From Octopus sinensis (taxonomy: Eukaryota), in the NCBI RefSeq assembly GCF_006345805.1, contig NC_043005.1, forward strand, positions 30,938,001 through 31,002,000: a DNA stretch of 64,000 nt, in the 5' to 3' direction. Numbering within the stretch: the first letter of the stretch is position 1; each line of letters begins with the position of its first letter. Shown here piece after piece: positions 23,601 through 38,600 of this stretch. The translations under genes were made by a program, and so were the position numbers. Below the pieces are notes generated by a model. It did no database searches and was not told where the DNA came from. It worked only from the letters and a program-made list of their open reading frames with translations.

Positions 23601-26600
23601 GAATCACAGAGAAGTTTATCTGGATCTCGGCATAGTGCTTCTCGGTCACCAGTATCCCACCAAAGTCAGTCAGGGTCATCTGTTTCAAATAGAAGTCGTT
23701 CTAGGTCACGAAGGAGTCAATCTGGCTCTCCAGCTTCCCAGCACAGTGGTGGTTATATGTCTCCGCAAAGGATTGATTCTAAATCATCACCATCACACAA
23801 AAGTCAGTCAAGTCCAGCAGGTTCAGTGAAATCCCCTTTAAGTGTTTCCAATGTTCAGAACAGTCAACCTGATTCTCCTGTTGCTCCAGTAGCCAGTCCT
23901 CTGCCTCTCTCTCATGTTAAGAATAAAAGAGAAAATCTTTTTACAGACAGTGAAAATTCTGATTCAGAATCAGAACAAATAAAACGTAGGATACAAGGCC
24001 AAATTCAAAGTGATAGCGAAGATGAAGATGAAAAACTAAGAAGCAATATTAACAGGTATGTTTATTATTATTATTATTATTATCATCATCATCATCATCA
24101 TCCTTCAACCAGTTTTGTTTGTTGTCTACACCACCTGTCTTCATTTTTGTTTTTTTTGTGAATTCTCCCTATATTGCTATCTTCTTGTTCATGTAGAACT
24201 ATATTGTTCAATGTGTCCTTTCCTAATGAAAGATAGTATTGGTTCTGGGTAGTAAGAAAAGTAAGTGATATCACTGCAGTTAGGGAGGTGATGAGGTATC
24301 TCAAGGAAAAGAAATTGGATGAAGGGCACAACAGTGAATATATATATATTTGCACACACAGCTGAACAGAACTCAGTTTTGCCAAGCTGGGCAGGTCTTC
24401 TCAAGAACAGCATATTGCATATCATCCCATTTCTTTTCTTATTTCCTCTGTGAGGTTCAAGGTCCTGAGGTTAGCCTTCATTAATTCATTCTGTGTCTTA
24501 CTGGGTCTCCCTTTCCTGGAAGCTTTATCCACATGAAGTGATTAGCACTTCTTTATACAACTGTTCTCATCCATTGGCAGATGGCAATTTAGGTTGAGAA
24601 GTTGGCAAAGTGAACTTGCACAAGTGCAAATATAATGGGTAACTTTCACATGTTTCTGTTATTAGTCTGTTGTCATCCTGGGGTGTCACCTTGAAGATTT
24701 TTCTTTTAGTAGAGTCTGATTTGGTGCTAATCAAAATCAATATTATTTCTCTATATTGATATTTATGCTCTATTTCTTTATGTATATATTTATTTGGTTT
24801 GCTAATTATAGAGCTTTATCAACTGGTCTGGAGTCTGATGATGATGATGATGATGATGGAGATAATAAAACGTCTCATGGCAGAACTGCTGAAAGAGTTA
24901 CCCAAAAGTCAACTAAAAGAATATTATCTGATTCTGAAGATGAACCATCCAAAGGTAAATTAGTATGATATGGAACTGATGATTCATTTATTTTCATTTT
25001 GTTGTATTTGTTTTGAAATGGCACAGTGGTTGAGAGAGTTTAGACTACAGATTTCATATCATTCCACAAGTATTTTCCTTTGTTTTTGAGTTTGGTATTT
25101 TTACTTTGGTTCAATAAAATTCAAAATGAAAGAAAGAAAGAAAAAGAAAATTAATCAGATGTTAAACACAATGCTGTTCATTGAGAAATTATAGAAAAAC
25201 ACTTTTGTACTAGGTTACTGTATAGTAAAAAGCTTACTTTCCGACTAAATTGACGCCATTCGTCTACCTATATTACTAAGTTTCTAAGAATACCTGGTGG
25301 ATGATTGGATTCTTTGCTAATATAATATAGCTTATCATTAGGCTTATAGTAAGGTTTGAATTTATCTGACTGTAAATCTAAATTTATATCTAAGAAATCT
25401 ACACTTTTAAGGTTAGTATCTACTGTAATCTGTAAGCCCATCCTTTGGAAGAAAGCAATTAGATCCTTCCTTAGCTTATCTAATTCATGGCCATTTAAAG
25501 TATATATATATACCTGTGCGGGTGGCACGTAAAAAGCACCCACTACACTCTCGGAGTGTTTGGCGTTAGGAAGGGCATCCAGCCGTAGAAACACTGCCAG
25601 ATTTGACTGGGCCTGATGAAGCCTTCTGGCTTCACAGACCCCAGTAGAACCGTCCAACCCATGCTAGCATGGAAAACGGACGCTAAACGACGACGATGAT
25701 GATGATGATGATATATATCATCATCATTTAGCCTCCGTTTTCTATACTGGCATGAGTTAAACGATTTGACTGAATCTGGTAAACTGGAGAGCTGTACTAG
25801 GCCCCAGTCTGTTTTGGCCTAGTTTCTATGGCTTGATGCCCTTCCTAATGCCAACCACTCTAAGAGTGTAGTGAGTGCCTTTTTTGTGTCACCAACACAG
25901 ATGCCTTTATGTGTCACACGCACTGGTACCTTATACATGTTGCTGGCATGGGTGCCTTTTATGTGTTACTGGTACTGTCCATGACTTCAATTTCACTTTG
26001 ACAAGTCTTCTCAAGTACAGCAAATTGCCACGAAATAATAAATTCCAAAAGAAGAGAAGCTAAAATATAAAGCCTTAGAGGCAAATGAAAGACCAAATAA
26101 ACTAAGGTCACATGTGCAAAAGTTTTACATATATATATATACCTTCGAACTTTAGGCCTCACTGAGGAAATGACCAGCGACCGAGACCTTTGGAAATATG
26201 CTGTACGTGAGAAGACCAGGCAGGACAAGTGAGCCCAGCCCACTTATGAATGCCTTTTCTCCCTTGGACACAAAGACCTGTTGAGGCAAGCGAAGTCGAT
26301 ATAGAACCTCATCTGACGACAGGCACCCATGCCAACCCCCTTTGCTTGCGAAGACATGTTGGGGCAAGTGAAAGCGAAATCGAAATCGAATTGAACCAGC
26401 CAGGATCCCTGGTCTGGTGGTACGTAAAAAGCACTATCCGACTCGTGGCCGATGCCAGCACCGCCTCCACTGGCTTCCGTGCCGGTGGCACGTAAAATAC
26501 ACCAATCCGACCGTACGACAGGCACCTATGCCAACCCCCTTTGCTTGCGAAGACATGTTGGGGCAAGCGAAATCGAAATCGAATTGAACCAGCCAGGATC

Positions 26601-29600
26601 CCTGGTCTGGTGGTACGTAAAAAGCACTATCCGACTCATGGCCGATGCCAGCGCCGCCTCGACTGGCTTCCGTGCCGGTGGCACATAAAATACACCAATC
26701 CGACCGTGGCCGTTGCCAGCCTCGCCTGGCACCTGTGCAGGTGGCACGTAAAAAACACCCACTACACTCACGGAGTGGTTGGCGTTAGGAAGGGCATCCA
26801 GCTGTAGAAACATTGCCAGATAAGATTGGAGCCTGGTGCAGCCTTCTGGCTTCCCAGATCCCCGGTCAAACCGTCCAACCCATGCCAGCATGGAGAACAG
26901 ACGTTAAACGATGATGATGATGATGATGATGAACTGAAGTGTTTGTATATTTTTAAGCATTTTATTACTATCGAAATCGATCAATGGAAATTGCAGATGT
27001 GTTACCAGTGCCGGTGGCATGTAAGAGAACCTTCCGTTTCGCGACCGTTGCCAGCACCGCCCCGTTTCGTGTCCGTTGCCAGCCTCGCCTGGCCCTCGTG
27101 CCGGTGGCACATAAAAAGCACCATCCGTTCGTGGCCGTTTGCCAGCTCTGTCTGGCACCTGTGCGGGTGGCACGTAAAAAGCACCCACTACACTCACGGA
27201 GTGGTTGGCGTTAGGAAGGGCATCCAGCCGTAGAAACACTGCCAGATTTCACTGGGCCTGATGAAGCCTTCTGGCTTCACAGACCCCAGTAGAACCGTCC
27301 AACCCATGCTAGCATGGAAAACGGACGCTAAACGATGATGATGATGATGATGATAATAAAAAATGTGGTATGTTATTGTCTTAAGCAAGACTTCTTATAT
27401 TAACCCACTGCTGGTTAGATGTCTTCTAACCTCACCCACCTCCTGTTGCTAGCTTCCTTTTTCATTGTAAAAATTCTTGCATATGAGACTTTGATTCATT
27501 CAGTCATTCATTTGCTTACTGCCAAGTACAAAATATTTAACTTAAGATGATTGTTGCTGATTTTTCTGTCCTTTTCCTAAATATGTAATTTAACATATCT
27601 GCTTGCAAAAACTCTGCCAATCCATCTTCTTAATTGCTCATTCATCATCATCATCATTTAACGTTTGTGTTCCATGCTAGTGGGACGGTACCATAAGAGC
27701 TGGCCAGGCCAAAGCCTGCACCAGACTTCTGTGACTGTTTTGGCAGGATTTTTACAGCTGGATGCCCTTCTGAACACCATCTAGGGCCATTTTTTAGCCT
27801 TTCTTTTGTTCCGGATTGCAACACAGTGTGTCAGAGAAAATGATGATGTTGTAGAAGATAAGTATTTTTGATTGGTTGATGGTACACATGCACTTAATGA
27901 TTCTGAATGGAAAGAGGCATGGAAGTGTCACTATGAAAGGCTGCTAAACACGGAGAATGCTTTGGAACAGGGAGCCTTCCTAATGTGAACCCAACAGAGG
28001 GACCAACTATCTAAGTCAACAACTGCATGTTAGATAAAGCAGTTAAGGATATGAAGATAGGTAAAGCCTCTGGCCCATCAGGAATTACCACTCTGATGCT
28101 TAAAGTATCTTGCGGAGTGGAATATGGCCTAGTCACCCATATAGTTTATCTGATTGTCCAGGAAGAGGTCATACCTGATGACTTGTGTAGCAGCATCATA
28201 GTTTAATGCTACGAAGGTAAAGGAAATTCCTTAGACAGATTAATTGCAGGTGTATCAAATTTCTGGACCAGGGCATAAAATGTTGCAGAAAGACTCCTAA
28301 CTCAACTAATTGGATAATGTCCTAGCTACACTGGCAAAAAAAGAAAAAGCAATAAAAACAGGATGGTAATGACTGAAATGCCTTGTAATCAAAAGTTTGC
28401 TTAATCAAAGTTGACCATAGGCTAAACAACCACAACCATTAAAGTGTTGGGAAGGGATGAAAACGTTGGAAGGTTCTGCACAAGCTATATCCAGTAACAA
28501 ATAATCATCATTTCTTTTTACTCTTTGCTAATTACATATTGCTAGTTTTTTGAAGTTCAGTTATCTTTTACATTCTAGCCAAAGGAAGTGAAAACGAAGA
28601 TGATGAAAGTGATAAAGAGTAAGTTTTACTATAATTGACTAATTTTTCATCTCTGTATATTGCAATGTTATAAGAAACCAATTTAATTATCTTAACCAAG
28701 AACACAAGAAATCAAAATGATTCTGACTGTATATGCATGCACATACATACACTTGTTTGCATGTATTTTTCTCTGTGTGTGTATACGCACACACACATAC
28801 TCACACTCTCTTCTATCTTGCAGGACTGGTGAGAAACTCATTGCTGATATTTTTGGCTCAAGTGATGAAGATGAAGAGTTTGAGGTATTACATTATGTCA
28901 CTAGTATTTTAGAGCTATATTGAGTGTGATGTCACATTATAGTGACTTATGATTATTGAATGTTAATGATCTGCAATGACTGGATGAGAATGTTTTGAAT
29001 ATATTTTAATTGTTGGGTGCTTAAAAGTTTATATTAGTGAGAATAAATGTTTTTAATTTGGGCTTATTGGTACAAACATGTATTCTAAATGAATGATGTT
29101 TCTATGATTTGATGGAGAGGATTGAGGTTTGAGTTGAAATACATGGCAGACAAATCTAAGTTTTTTTCATTGATAGTTTTTCAGCAATTTTATTGTTCAG
29201 AAATACTCTCAGATCATTTTCAAAGGGAAAGTTTTGTTTATCAAATAGTCTGCAATAAATAGATCACTTTGGCCTGTTTGTTTAATTTCTATTGATATTT
29301 TAATTTTTTTACTCTGAATTGAGAAATATCAGGTCTAGATTTAGCTACATCGAAGCTAAGAATAATTTTGCTTAAGAATAGTTGTTTTTCATTAGTATGG
29401 ATTTACTTTAGAGTGATGAGAGACCTGGTTGATAACTCTGGTGGAAGATTTGGCAGGCTTAGGCTTGGCCTGGGAGCAAGCTTTGGATGGGCTTGCAACC
29501 ATGCTCTATGGAGATCTTGTTGCCCAATGCTCCATGGTGAGCAGGAGGAGCTAAGACTAAGGTGCACACATGCACAAAATGAATCTGTGTTGCAAAACAT

Positions 29601-32600
29601 AATGGCCTAAAGTGATTGATAATACTCTTCATTATTAGAGTGTTTTTAAAATGAATGTTTTTTAAAAGACATGCTTCAAAAAGAACAGGGAGAAAAGCAA
29701 AATTAACTGATGTGGATATAAACAGAGAATATTGAATATTCATAACTGAAAAATAAATTATAGGAAAAAAATGTGTTGAATGTGTTCATTGCACAAGAAA
29801 AAAGCTGCTGAAGGAATCAACTTAAAATTTCATTTTGTAAAGTGCCATTGTATAAAAGGGAGCTTTGGACACTTTCATGATAAGAATATAGCATGAAAAT
29901 ATTTTATTGCAGTGTAGTTTCACAGAAATGCAAATATTACAAATTCTTTGAATCTGAACACAAATAATGTGCAAAAATGGAAATATATAATAATTTTCAG
30001 TATGTTCATTTCTGTATTCATCTGTGTCTCACCTATTAACATGTATTTTTTACTGGACACATTCTGTTAAGTAAATCTACATAGTAAATTGTGTTAGAAT
30101 ACAATGCCAATAGTATATTGACTTTTAAAAGAATTTTATACTTGCTTTTCAATGAAAATGTTTGTATGAAATATAGAAAAAGAATAAAATCCTGTACTGA
30201 TTATACCTGTAATTTGACTAATTCATATTTATTCACTTGTTCTTGAAAAGTAGTGTAATTGTTAGAGGCTGACATATGGGTCGTTGTTCAATAATTTTAG
30301 CAGCGAAACAGCTGTTAAGACACAGTGGTCCAATTTTAGTGTTTGTCTATGAAGTCATTGCTTTTACACCTGTTAATTATTTCAATCTGTCCATTAATGT
30401 CAAATTTAAGAAACAAACAAAAGAAAGGTAAAAATTCATAATTGTAAATCATTGGTATTTAAACACCAGCTGACAAAATTTCAAACCTACATGTAAAAAA
30501 TCAACAAAGTTACAAACAAATATTGTTGATACTCCTCTAATGAATGATGAGTTTTGTTTGCAGTCATGCTCATGTCAAAGCAAGTGCAATACACACTTAC
30601 TCATTCATCTTTCCCGTGTATTATGGACATTCATACAGTTTCCGTCTACTAAATTACACTCACAACTTATTGGTCGACCCAAGTTTATAGAAGAGAGTAC
30701 TTGTCTAAGATGTTACACAGTGAAATCAAACCTGAAAGTTCTTAACCTTACACACACACATTTATTTTAAAAGAAACACTAAGTAGTTTTTGTCTTCAAT
30801 TTTACCTTTTCTTTTACATACTGAAAATAAACTACATAACGTATTTGCAGTAAAGATTGTTATAAAAGAAACTATGTTTTTCTTACTGAAAAGCATTTTT
30901 CATAATTAATAAAGCTGTTATAATTTTTGATGACACTTGTGCACTGGTTTTTAATTATACGCAATATATTGTAATCAGGGATTTCTGTCATCTGAACTAT
31001 AGTGAAGACTACCGAGTTAACTCCATGATCCTGATTGGAATTATTTCACATTTGTTTTAATTCCCTTGAAAATTGCATTAACCAGAGCTTACCATTACAT
31101 CTTCTGTAGTCATCAGAATTAATTTCACATCAATAAATATCTCATGTGTGCTAAATATCATTTTAAAACATTTTATTTTTCCTTTTGAAATACAATTTTA
31201 TTTGAATTCATCTCTTGTTCACAAGGGTTTTGGTGAGGCTGATGTAGAAGCTGTCCCCAAGAGGAAGGAAAAGAAAGCTGAGAATGAGGATAATGATGAT
31301 GATGATGACGATGACGATGATGATCAACAAAAGACTGATTTGAATGATGACAATAATGAAGGTCTTCCTCTGGTATCAGATGATGAAAATGACGAACTTG
31401 TTCGAGATTCACAAAGAGAGTAAGTATTTATTTAGAAATTATTGGTACGAGGAAGTGCAATTTTAATGCTGTGTACTGATATCACACTAGAGAGATGGTT
31501 GGCTTCAGACTTTTCAGATTTAAAAAAATCACATGAAATAATTATCAACATTTTTTTTTACTTCCACTTTCGATACAGGCACGGATTGAATAGGTTACCA
31601 AGGTCTTAATTTGTTCTTACTTCAAGTTACTTCTTACTACCCTCCTAGTTTCGGTCAAGGGACCAAAATTTGGAAGACAGTACCTCTCCCTCATCTCACT
31701 TGTAATACATTCTTTGGGAATGGCTTTGGTGGCTGGATGCCCTTCATAACATCAATCCCTTTACAGCCTGTAGTGGTGCATTTTATTATGATACCAGCAT
31801 TAAAGAGGCCATGTCTTTGACATAATAGGACTAAAGAGTCCTCTCAACTCTATTCTATCTTTGCTTTACAGGATGTACCAGGTACATTTTGTTGAAACAC
31901 TAGCACTAGAGAGATTGCTTTGAATCTTGCAAGACAAAAAGGGGTCCTTGCTGCTGTAGTTCTTCATTTGCTCAGGGCAACAGAACTAATGGAGTGGGCA
32001 GGAAAGAGGTAAAAACTGAAATAGGATGAAAAGGAGAAAGAAGAGAGTTTATGAAATGAGGAACAGAATGATTGAAATAATAGTGTGGAAGAGGAGGTAG
32101 AAATAGGAGACAGTGCTAGAGGAGTGATGAAGAGAGACAAAGGCAGAGTATAATGAGAGTCAGTGATGCCATAGAGTAATAAGGTAGAGGCAATAATAGC
32201 AGCTACGTATTTACAGGTTTGAGAAAGTGCAAGTGTCAGAAATGTTAGGAATGTGTAATGGATGTCAATAATAAGTCATCTAGGAGAGAGTAAGTGGCAG
32301 CTACCTGTATAGAAAAGGTAGTAATGTTATCTTATAAGGAAGAGCATATGTGATGGATGTCGAATAATAGGGCGGTTTGGGGAAGAGAGAGGGATTCTGA
32401 GCAGCACAGAAGGGACAGTGCAAAGTATACTGATAAATCCAACGCAAAACCTCATTATTCAGGCTTTATTATGCGAGAAAAGCACATTAGTGGTAGTTAC
32501 TTTGTTTGCTAGTAAGAGAGAGAGAGAGAGTGAGCAAGTGATGGATAGACAGAAATGGTTGACAGTAAGACACTGCATTTGGTGGTATGGTGCAATATTT

Positions 32601-35600
32601 TGGAGAGAGGTGTGAGAGTGTTGAATAGGAAGCATACAGAAACTTCGTAGGTGACAATGTAAGTTAGAGACCTGACTACATATACCCCAGCTTCCACCAG
32701 TTCCTCCATTTAACATGTTTTGCCACCTCTTTTGTGAGACACAACATCTTGAGTCCTAATTTTACCTTCAATCTCTTTTTCCAGAGATGCCATTTACTGT
32801 GAGTACAAGACACTTTCATTTGCAGCTGTCATTTTCCATGCACATCAAATGTCCAAATCAGTACAATTTTTTTTCTTGACGTGCTACATTCGATTACTCA
32901 TATATCCAACTTTACTCAATAAAGATAAATTAAAAATAATATCTAAAAGTTATAATGAAGCAGATTAAAGTATAAAACTAGAGGTATTACGATTGAAGAA
33001 GTGTTTGAAAAGTGAGAGAATTTCTAAAATACCTGGTGAAAGACGGCTCTCTAAGCTCATAATAATGTTGAAAGATATGTAAAAAATTATTTTAACTATT
33101 TCTCAGCCACTTCACTTCCCTCTTTGATCATTGCATATCCCTGATATAATTGTCTTCAGATGTCATAAGATGCCTTTTCTTAGCTCCAGATTTAATAACA
33201 TTACACCAAGAGAAGATAAGCAATACCAGTCTGTATTGGCTAACATTTTCAGATTGGTATTTCTAGTTGCATGTAATGCCAGAAAGTAGCTGCCTTGAAT
33301 ATGAATTCACTTGTCATGATCTGTTAGTAAATTAGCATGAGGTCTTCATTATTGGTGCACTAACAGAAGGTTAACTCTAAAAATGGTGCTCCTTGCACAA
33401 ATTAATTGTATGATTAGTGAGCATATAATCCATCAACTTAATTCTGTTAAGTCAGCAGGGAATGTTTTATGATACTGAATTAAATTAAAGTGCTGTCAAG
33501 TTGTTTTTGACAACATTTTCAATTTAATCCAGTATCATAAAACTTTCCCCACTGACTTAATAGAATTAAGTTGCTGGACTAGATGTTCACTAATTGTAAA
33601 ATTAATTTGTGCAAGAAGTACTATGGCCTTCTGTTAGTGCACCAATAATGAAAACCTCATGCTAATTTATTAACAGATCATGACAAGTGAATTTATATTC
33701 AAGGCAACTACTTTCTGGCATTACATGCAACTGGAAATACTAATCTGAAATATCACAATATGCCTTTTAAAGGTGTACTGTGATATTAAGGAGCTAAAAC
33801 CATACATAGTAGACTTAAGGGCACAAATGAAAAACTAGGCACTGATAGAATGATTTCTTATTAGGTATATTAATATAAATGTGTAGATACACACACAATT
33901 TATTTATGTTTCTAACTATATTCCATCTAACCAATGCAAGCATGAAAAAGTTAAAATGATAATGATGGTGGTGGTAGTAATCTAATGTTTGACAATGTGT
34001 TGGAAAAGAAGTGTTAATAGAATTGTGAGAGTCACAGTCATTCTTCCTCATAAATAGACAGACACTCAGTATTGATATCAATGTTTAAATTTTGAGGAGA
34101 TTCAATTTTTGATTCTTGAGATGAGGACTTTCATAAAGGTAAAGATATATAAAATAAATATTTTTGCCGCTTAGTGATCAGGAATAATTGCATGATCCTT
34201 GAAGGTAGATGGATTATTGATACATTATTATATAGTATACATTGACATTTTTAGTATATTCTCTTATTATATGTCATAGTTGTTCTTACTTAAATACATA
34301 TATCAACTTTTAGTTCATTAAACATTTTAAAACTCTTCCTCTTTGACCAGGGATTTTGTATCTGATTTCGATGTCATGCTAGAAAAGAAGAAAGCTGAAC
34401 GACAAGGGAATCGTCGCAGGCGGAAAGATATTGACATCATTAATGATAATGATGACCTTATTGCTGATATGGTACAGAAAATGAAGGTAGCTGCTGAGGT
34501 ACAGTTTGATTTTTGTCATATTCCCATTTTTCTTTCTCTGGTGTCTGATTTTCTGTCTTTCTGACTGTAGGATCCTCCACTTCTTGCTTTATTGATATCA
34601 TTCTGTTTATCTTTTATAGAGAAGCTCATTATTTGTCTCTCATAAATTAAAGTCAATTTCACAACTTAAAAATAATGCAAGGTCTCATGTTAAATATGAC
34701 AGTAAACACACAGGCCAATTTCTGTATAATGACTAATTTGTTCAAAAAAGAATTTCAACATTGAAATAAAATTTAGTAAATATAATTTGATGATACTCAA
34801 TTCCAATGCACTTCCATTGCAATATTCTAAATAAAAGAATGTTTGGAAATATTTTCAAATAATTTAGGTTTTATTTCATTTTATTGTTTTCTATTTATCT
34901 AAGATAATTTGTAACTTATGTTTTTGAGTTACTAATCCCACTCTTCCATGGTTATAAATTTAGACCTCATAACTGCCATTATACTGTTCTAACCAAGGTA
35001 CAAAACTTTGTTTACGTTAATTTGCCTTGCTAATAGTAGACTTCACTCCTATTCTGTAGTTCTGTGGCAGGAAGCATATGAACTGTAAAAATATCTCTTC
35101 AAGCAATATTCAAATATCTAAATGTGAAGAACCATCCTTTCATTCTTGTTGCCCTGGAAATCTATTACTTGCAAAGTTTTCTTCATAAGCCTGGCATAAA
35201 AAGAACACTCTGTTTTTATCCTATGAGGATTAGTTATGAGGGAAGTAGCAGATCTTATTAACTGGTGTGTGATAAAGTAAATTAAAAAATCCACTCTTGA
35301 ATAGCATGACAGTAAATACAGAAAAAAATTTGTGAAATGTATGAAACCAGTCTCATCATTGTATGTATTATGTGAAAGTCAGCTGGGTGAAGCTCTCTTC
35401 AAAGTATTCACTGTTGCCAGAAAGTCCATTTTGTCTTTTGTGTTGTGTACGAAATAACTGCACTCTTCAAAGTATTGACTACTGCTAGAAAATACTGGGA
35501 CAAGATGTAAAGGAAATAAAATGGAATGTTTCTATCAAGAATGAAACTGGCTGATTTGGATAACTGATTGCTTACTGCTTTTATGGTAACAATGCATGTA

Positions 35601-38600
35601 GAATGCACATGTTAATCTTTTCAACTAAAATAATTTTTTGCTTTCCTTTTAGGAAGATAGAGAGTTAAACCAATCAAAAAAAGCTGCTACAAAGAAACTT
35701 AAATACCTTCCGTTTGTTTATTCTCAACTTAAAAAGTAAGTTTTTTTTTTCTTTTTGTAATGCTAAGTAATTAATATTTCTGCTTATGTCTTGCAAGTAA
35801 GATAAGTAAATGACTAAAAGATTATTGAACAAGTTATTTGAAAATTGATGACAGTGATATCATTTTATCAATGATGGTTGTTGTATAAAATCTGGTTTAA
35901 GGTCTGATAATTTTATGTCTTCTGTTAAATGAAGTCAGGGTATATATCAATAAACATATGCAAAGGCAAGTTACAGTTGACTGCACTGGAACATTTATTA
36001 CTGTCACTAAAATTATATACAGCAAACTGGTAGGACATTAATAATTGTCAATACATTGTGTAGATGTATAGGTTCCAATCTTCATAAAAATGGAAGATAG
36101 AAGGTTAGAAAAATTTGAAGCATAGCATCAAAAATTCTGGTTACAGTTCTGTTTAAAATGTTGGTAAGACACTAAACATAGCGTCAAGGATTCTGGTTAC
36201 AATTCTGCATAGTGGAATCAAACTACTCTCATATCAAAGATCCAAAATTGCTCATAGCAAAACTCACTTTCCTAATAACTAGCAGGGAAAATAGTCCTTT
36301 ACATAGCTGACATAGGGATGCTAGGTGAGTCCATCATGTTAAGGGGTGGACAGTCCAAGTAAAGCTAAGTGGACTGGACCATCACATAATGAACCAAAAA
36401 TAGGTAGCTAAAAGAAAGAAGCCACACTATGGGTAGCTAAAGGTCAAGAGTAATCAAGCCTCTGCTATATCATTATTATATCTAGCAGGAATGGATACAT
36501 TTAAGTGTATAGAGATAATGGTACTACAGAAGATATAAAGAAAGGGTCAAGTCTCTTGGAGTGTTGTGATGAAAGTGATCATCTTGCATCACATACATGA
36601 CTATGTGGTCATCTTTTCTAATGAGTTCAGTTATCCACTGTGTCCTTTGGATTGATGATGTTATAACTGTTGTCATTAATGGAGGCTCTACAGACTGGAT
36701 ATTCTGTACTTTCATCAGTTTTGGGTCCTCGTGACTTTTATTTTTGATTGTACTCTTTTGGTCATTACCCAACATTCATGACCATAGGTGAGGATAGGCA
36801 CAAAAACCAAATTTCCTTTTAATCAGTGTAATTGAATACCTCTATTTTGCAGATACAAAAAAAATATATAAACTTATAACCCATAAGCCAGTAATTAGTT
36901 CAGTAATGATGATATTAAAGAATAAAAAATAATAAAAAAATATCCAGATAGAATCTATTCTAAATTTGATTTCAATTTTTTGTACTTATTTTGTTTATTT
37001 TCTATCCAGAACTGATCTCCATATTGCCTTCCTTGATTGTGGTATTTTGAGTGCTATGACAGTAAGTACTTTTGGATTTCTTTCTTGCATTATTCTTTGA
37101 GTTGTTGCATTTTACCATTCTGTTATGTGTTAATTTGAAACTTTCACATGACACACTACTTGTTACATAACAATTCTTGTTTTGGAAATTTGAATATTTG
37201 AGAAATATTTTTCTAGCTGATTACAATTGTTGGAAGCAAGGGAAGCAGAGAATATTAGTTAATGTTCAACAAAGTGATAGTGATGATATTTGAATTCGTT
37301 ATTCTATATTGATATCCAAGTATCCAAGTTAACTCTGCTTGATAATTAGATTATCAATACTGTAATATGTTAGCAAACTACAGTTTATGGACAACTATTC
37401 ATATTCTAATTTTACTTTTGATTTTTTTCTAGGAATGGTTGGCTCCACTACCTGATCGGAGTTTACCTCATTTATCCATTAGAGAAAATTTCTTAAGAAT
37501 TTTAATAGAGGTAATTTTTTTGTTCTATATTACTTCTTTTTAATTGGATGATTGTAAATATCTTGTGTATGTACTTTTTGTTCAACACCCACAGATTCAC
37601 TGCTTGGACACATTGTCAGTGTTGTGCTCTGAAGTCAGTCTGTGTTTTTAGTCTTACATCAAACACCCCCATCCAGGCAATCCAACATAGGTTGGTCAAC
37701 CCTAGGACTGTATCCTGGTGGAATTGTAGATCTGTCACCACCAATCACCTCTTTTCAGCAGCCTTTACATTGTTCTTCATGGCAAGCCCTTGACTGCCAA
37801 CTCCCACAGGCAAACATCTCGTTCTCCATCCATTCTTGCAGAAGTCCTGCAGCAACTACTAATATTTGGTTCTCCTCTTCTCTTGTACCTTCTCCATCCT
37901 CTCCTCCCAAGGCATAGTTCACTCCAATTGTTGACCATATGGGACAAACTTAATGTGCAATACCCCCTTGAAATTTCACCTAACACTCAGCAAATTGCCC
38001 TTTATTGACAACAGGTTCTGAAGCCTGGCCAGAATAAATCCATGTATTTCTTTCATTAGGATTATGAAAATAGATCCAGTTTTCATTCTCAATTACAATT
38101 CAATGTCAAAAACAGGCATCTTGAGAATTTACCTGGTCATCGGTCAGTTCATGAGGAGCTTCTTGACAGTGTCTGTTCACAAGGCCAAACTTATAGAGGT
38201 GTCAATTACTAGTGCTTTGTGAAGAACCAAATTCTGCCAGCAATGTACAAGTGCTTGTGCTTGGTTGTTGTTCTACTATTTCAAGCAAGGCCTTATTTTG
38301 CACAACAAAAAATCTCCCTGGTTTTGGTTTGTCTTCAAGGCTGGTGTCACCTTCCTTGATTCATTTGAACCAGTTTTGTACCACATATTCATTGAAAGTT
38401 CCTGGGCCTTCTACATCATTAATTTCTTTTGCTACTGCCCTTGGACTCATTCCTTTTTTCCATAGGGAACATAAAAAGCTCTAATTGAAATTATTCAGGG
38501 TTCAGGATTGCCATTCCTCACAATCACTCCTTTCTACATCCAGTGATCAGTGTCAGCATGTGCATTGAGGTCTCCTTGTAGGAAAAATGATTCAGTTTTA

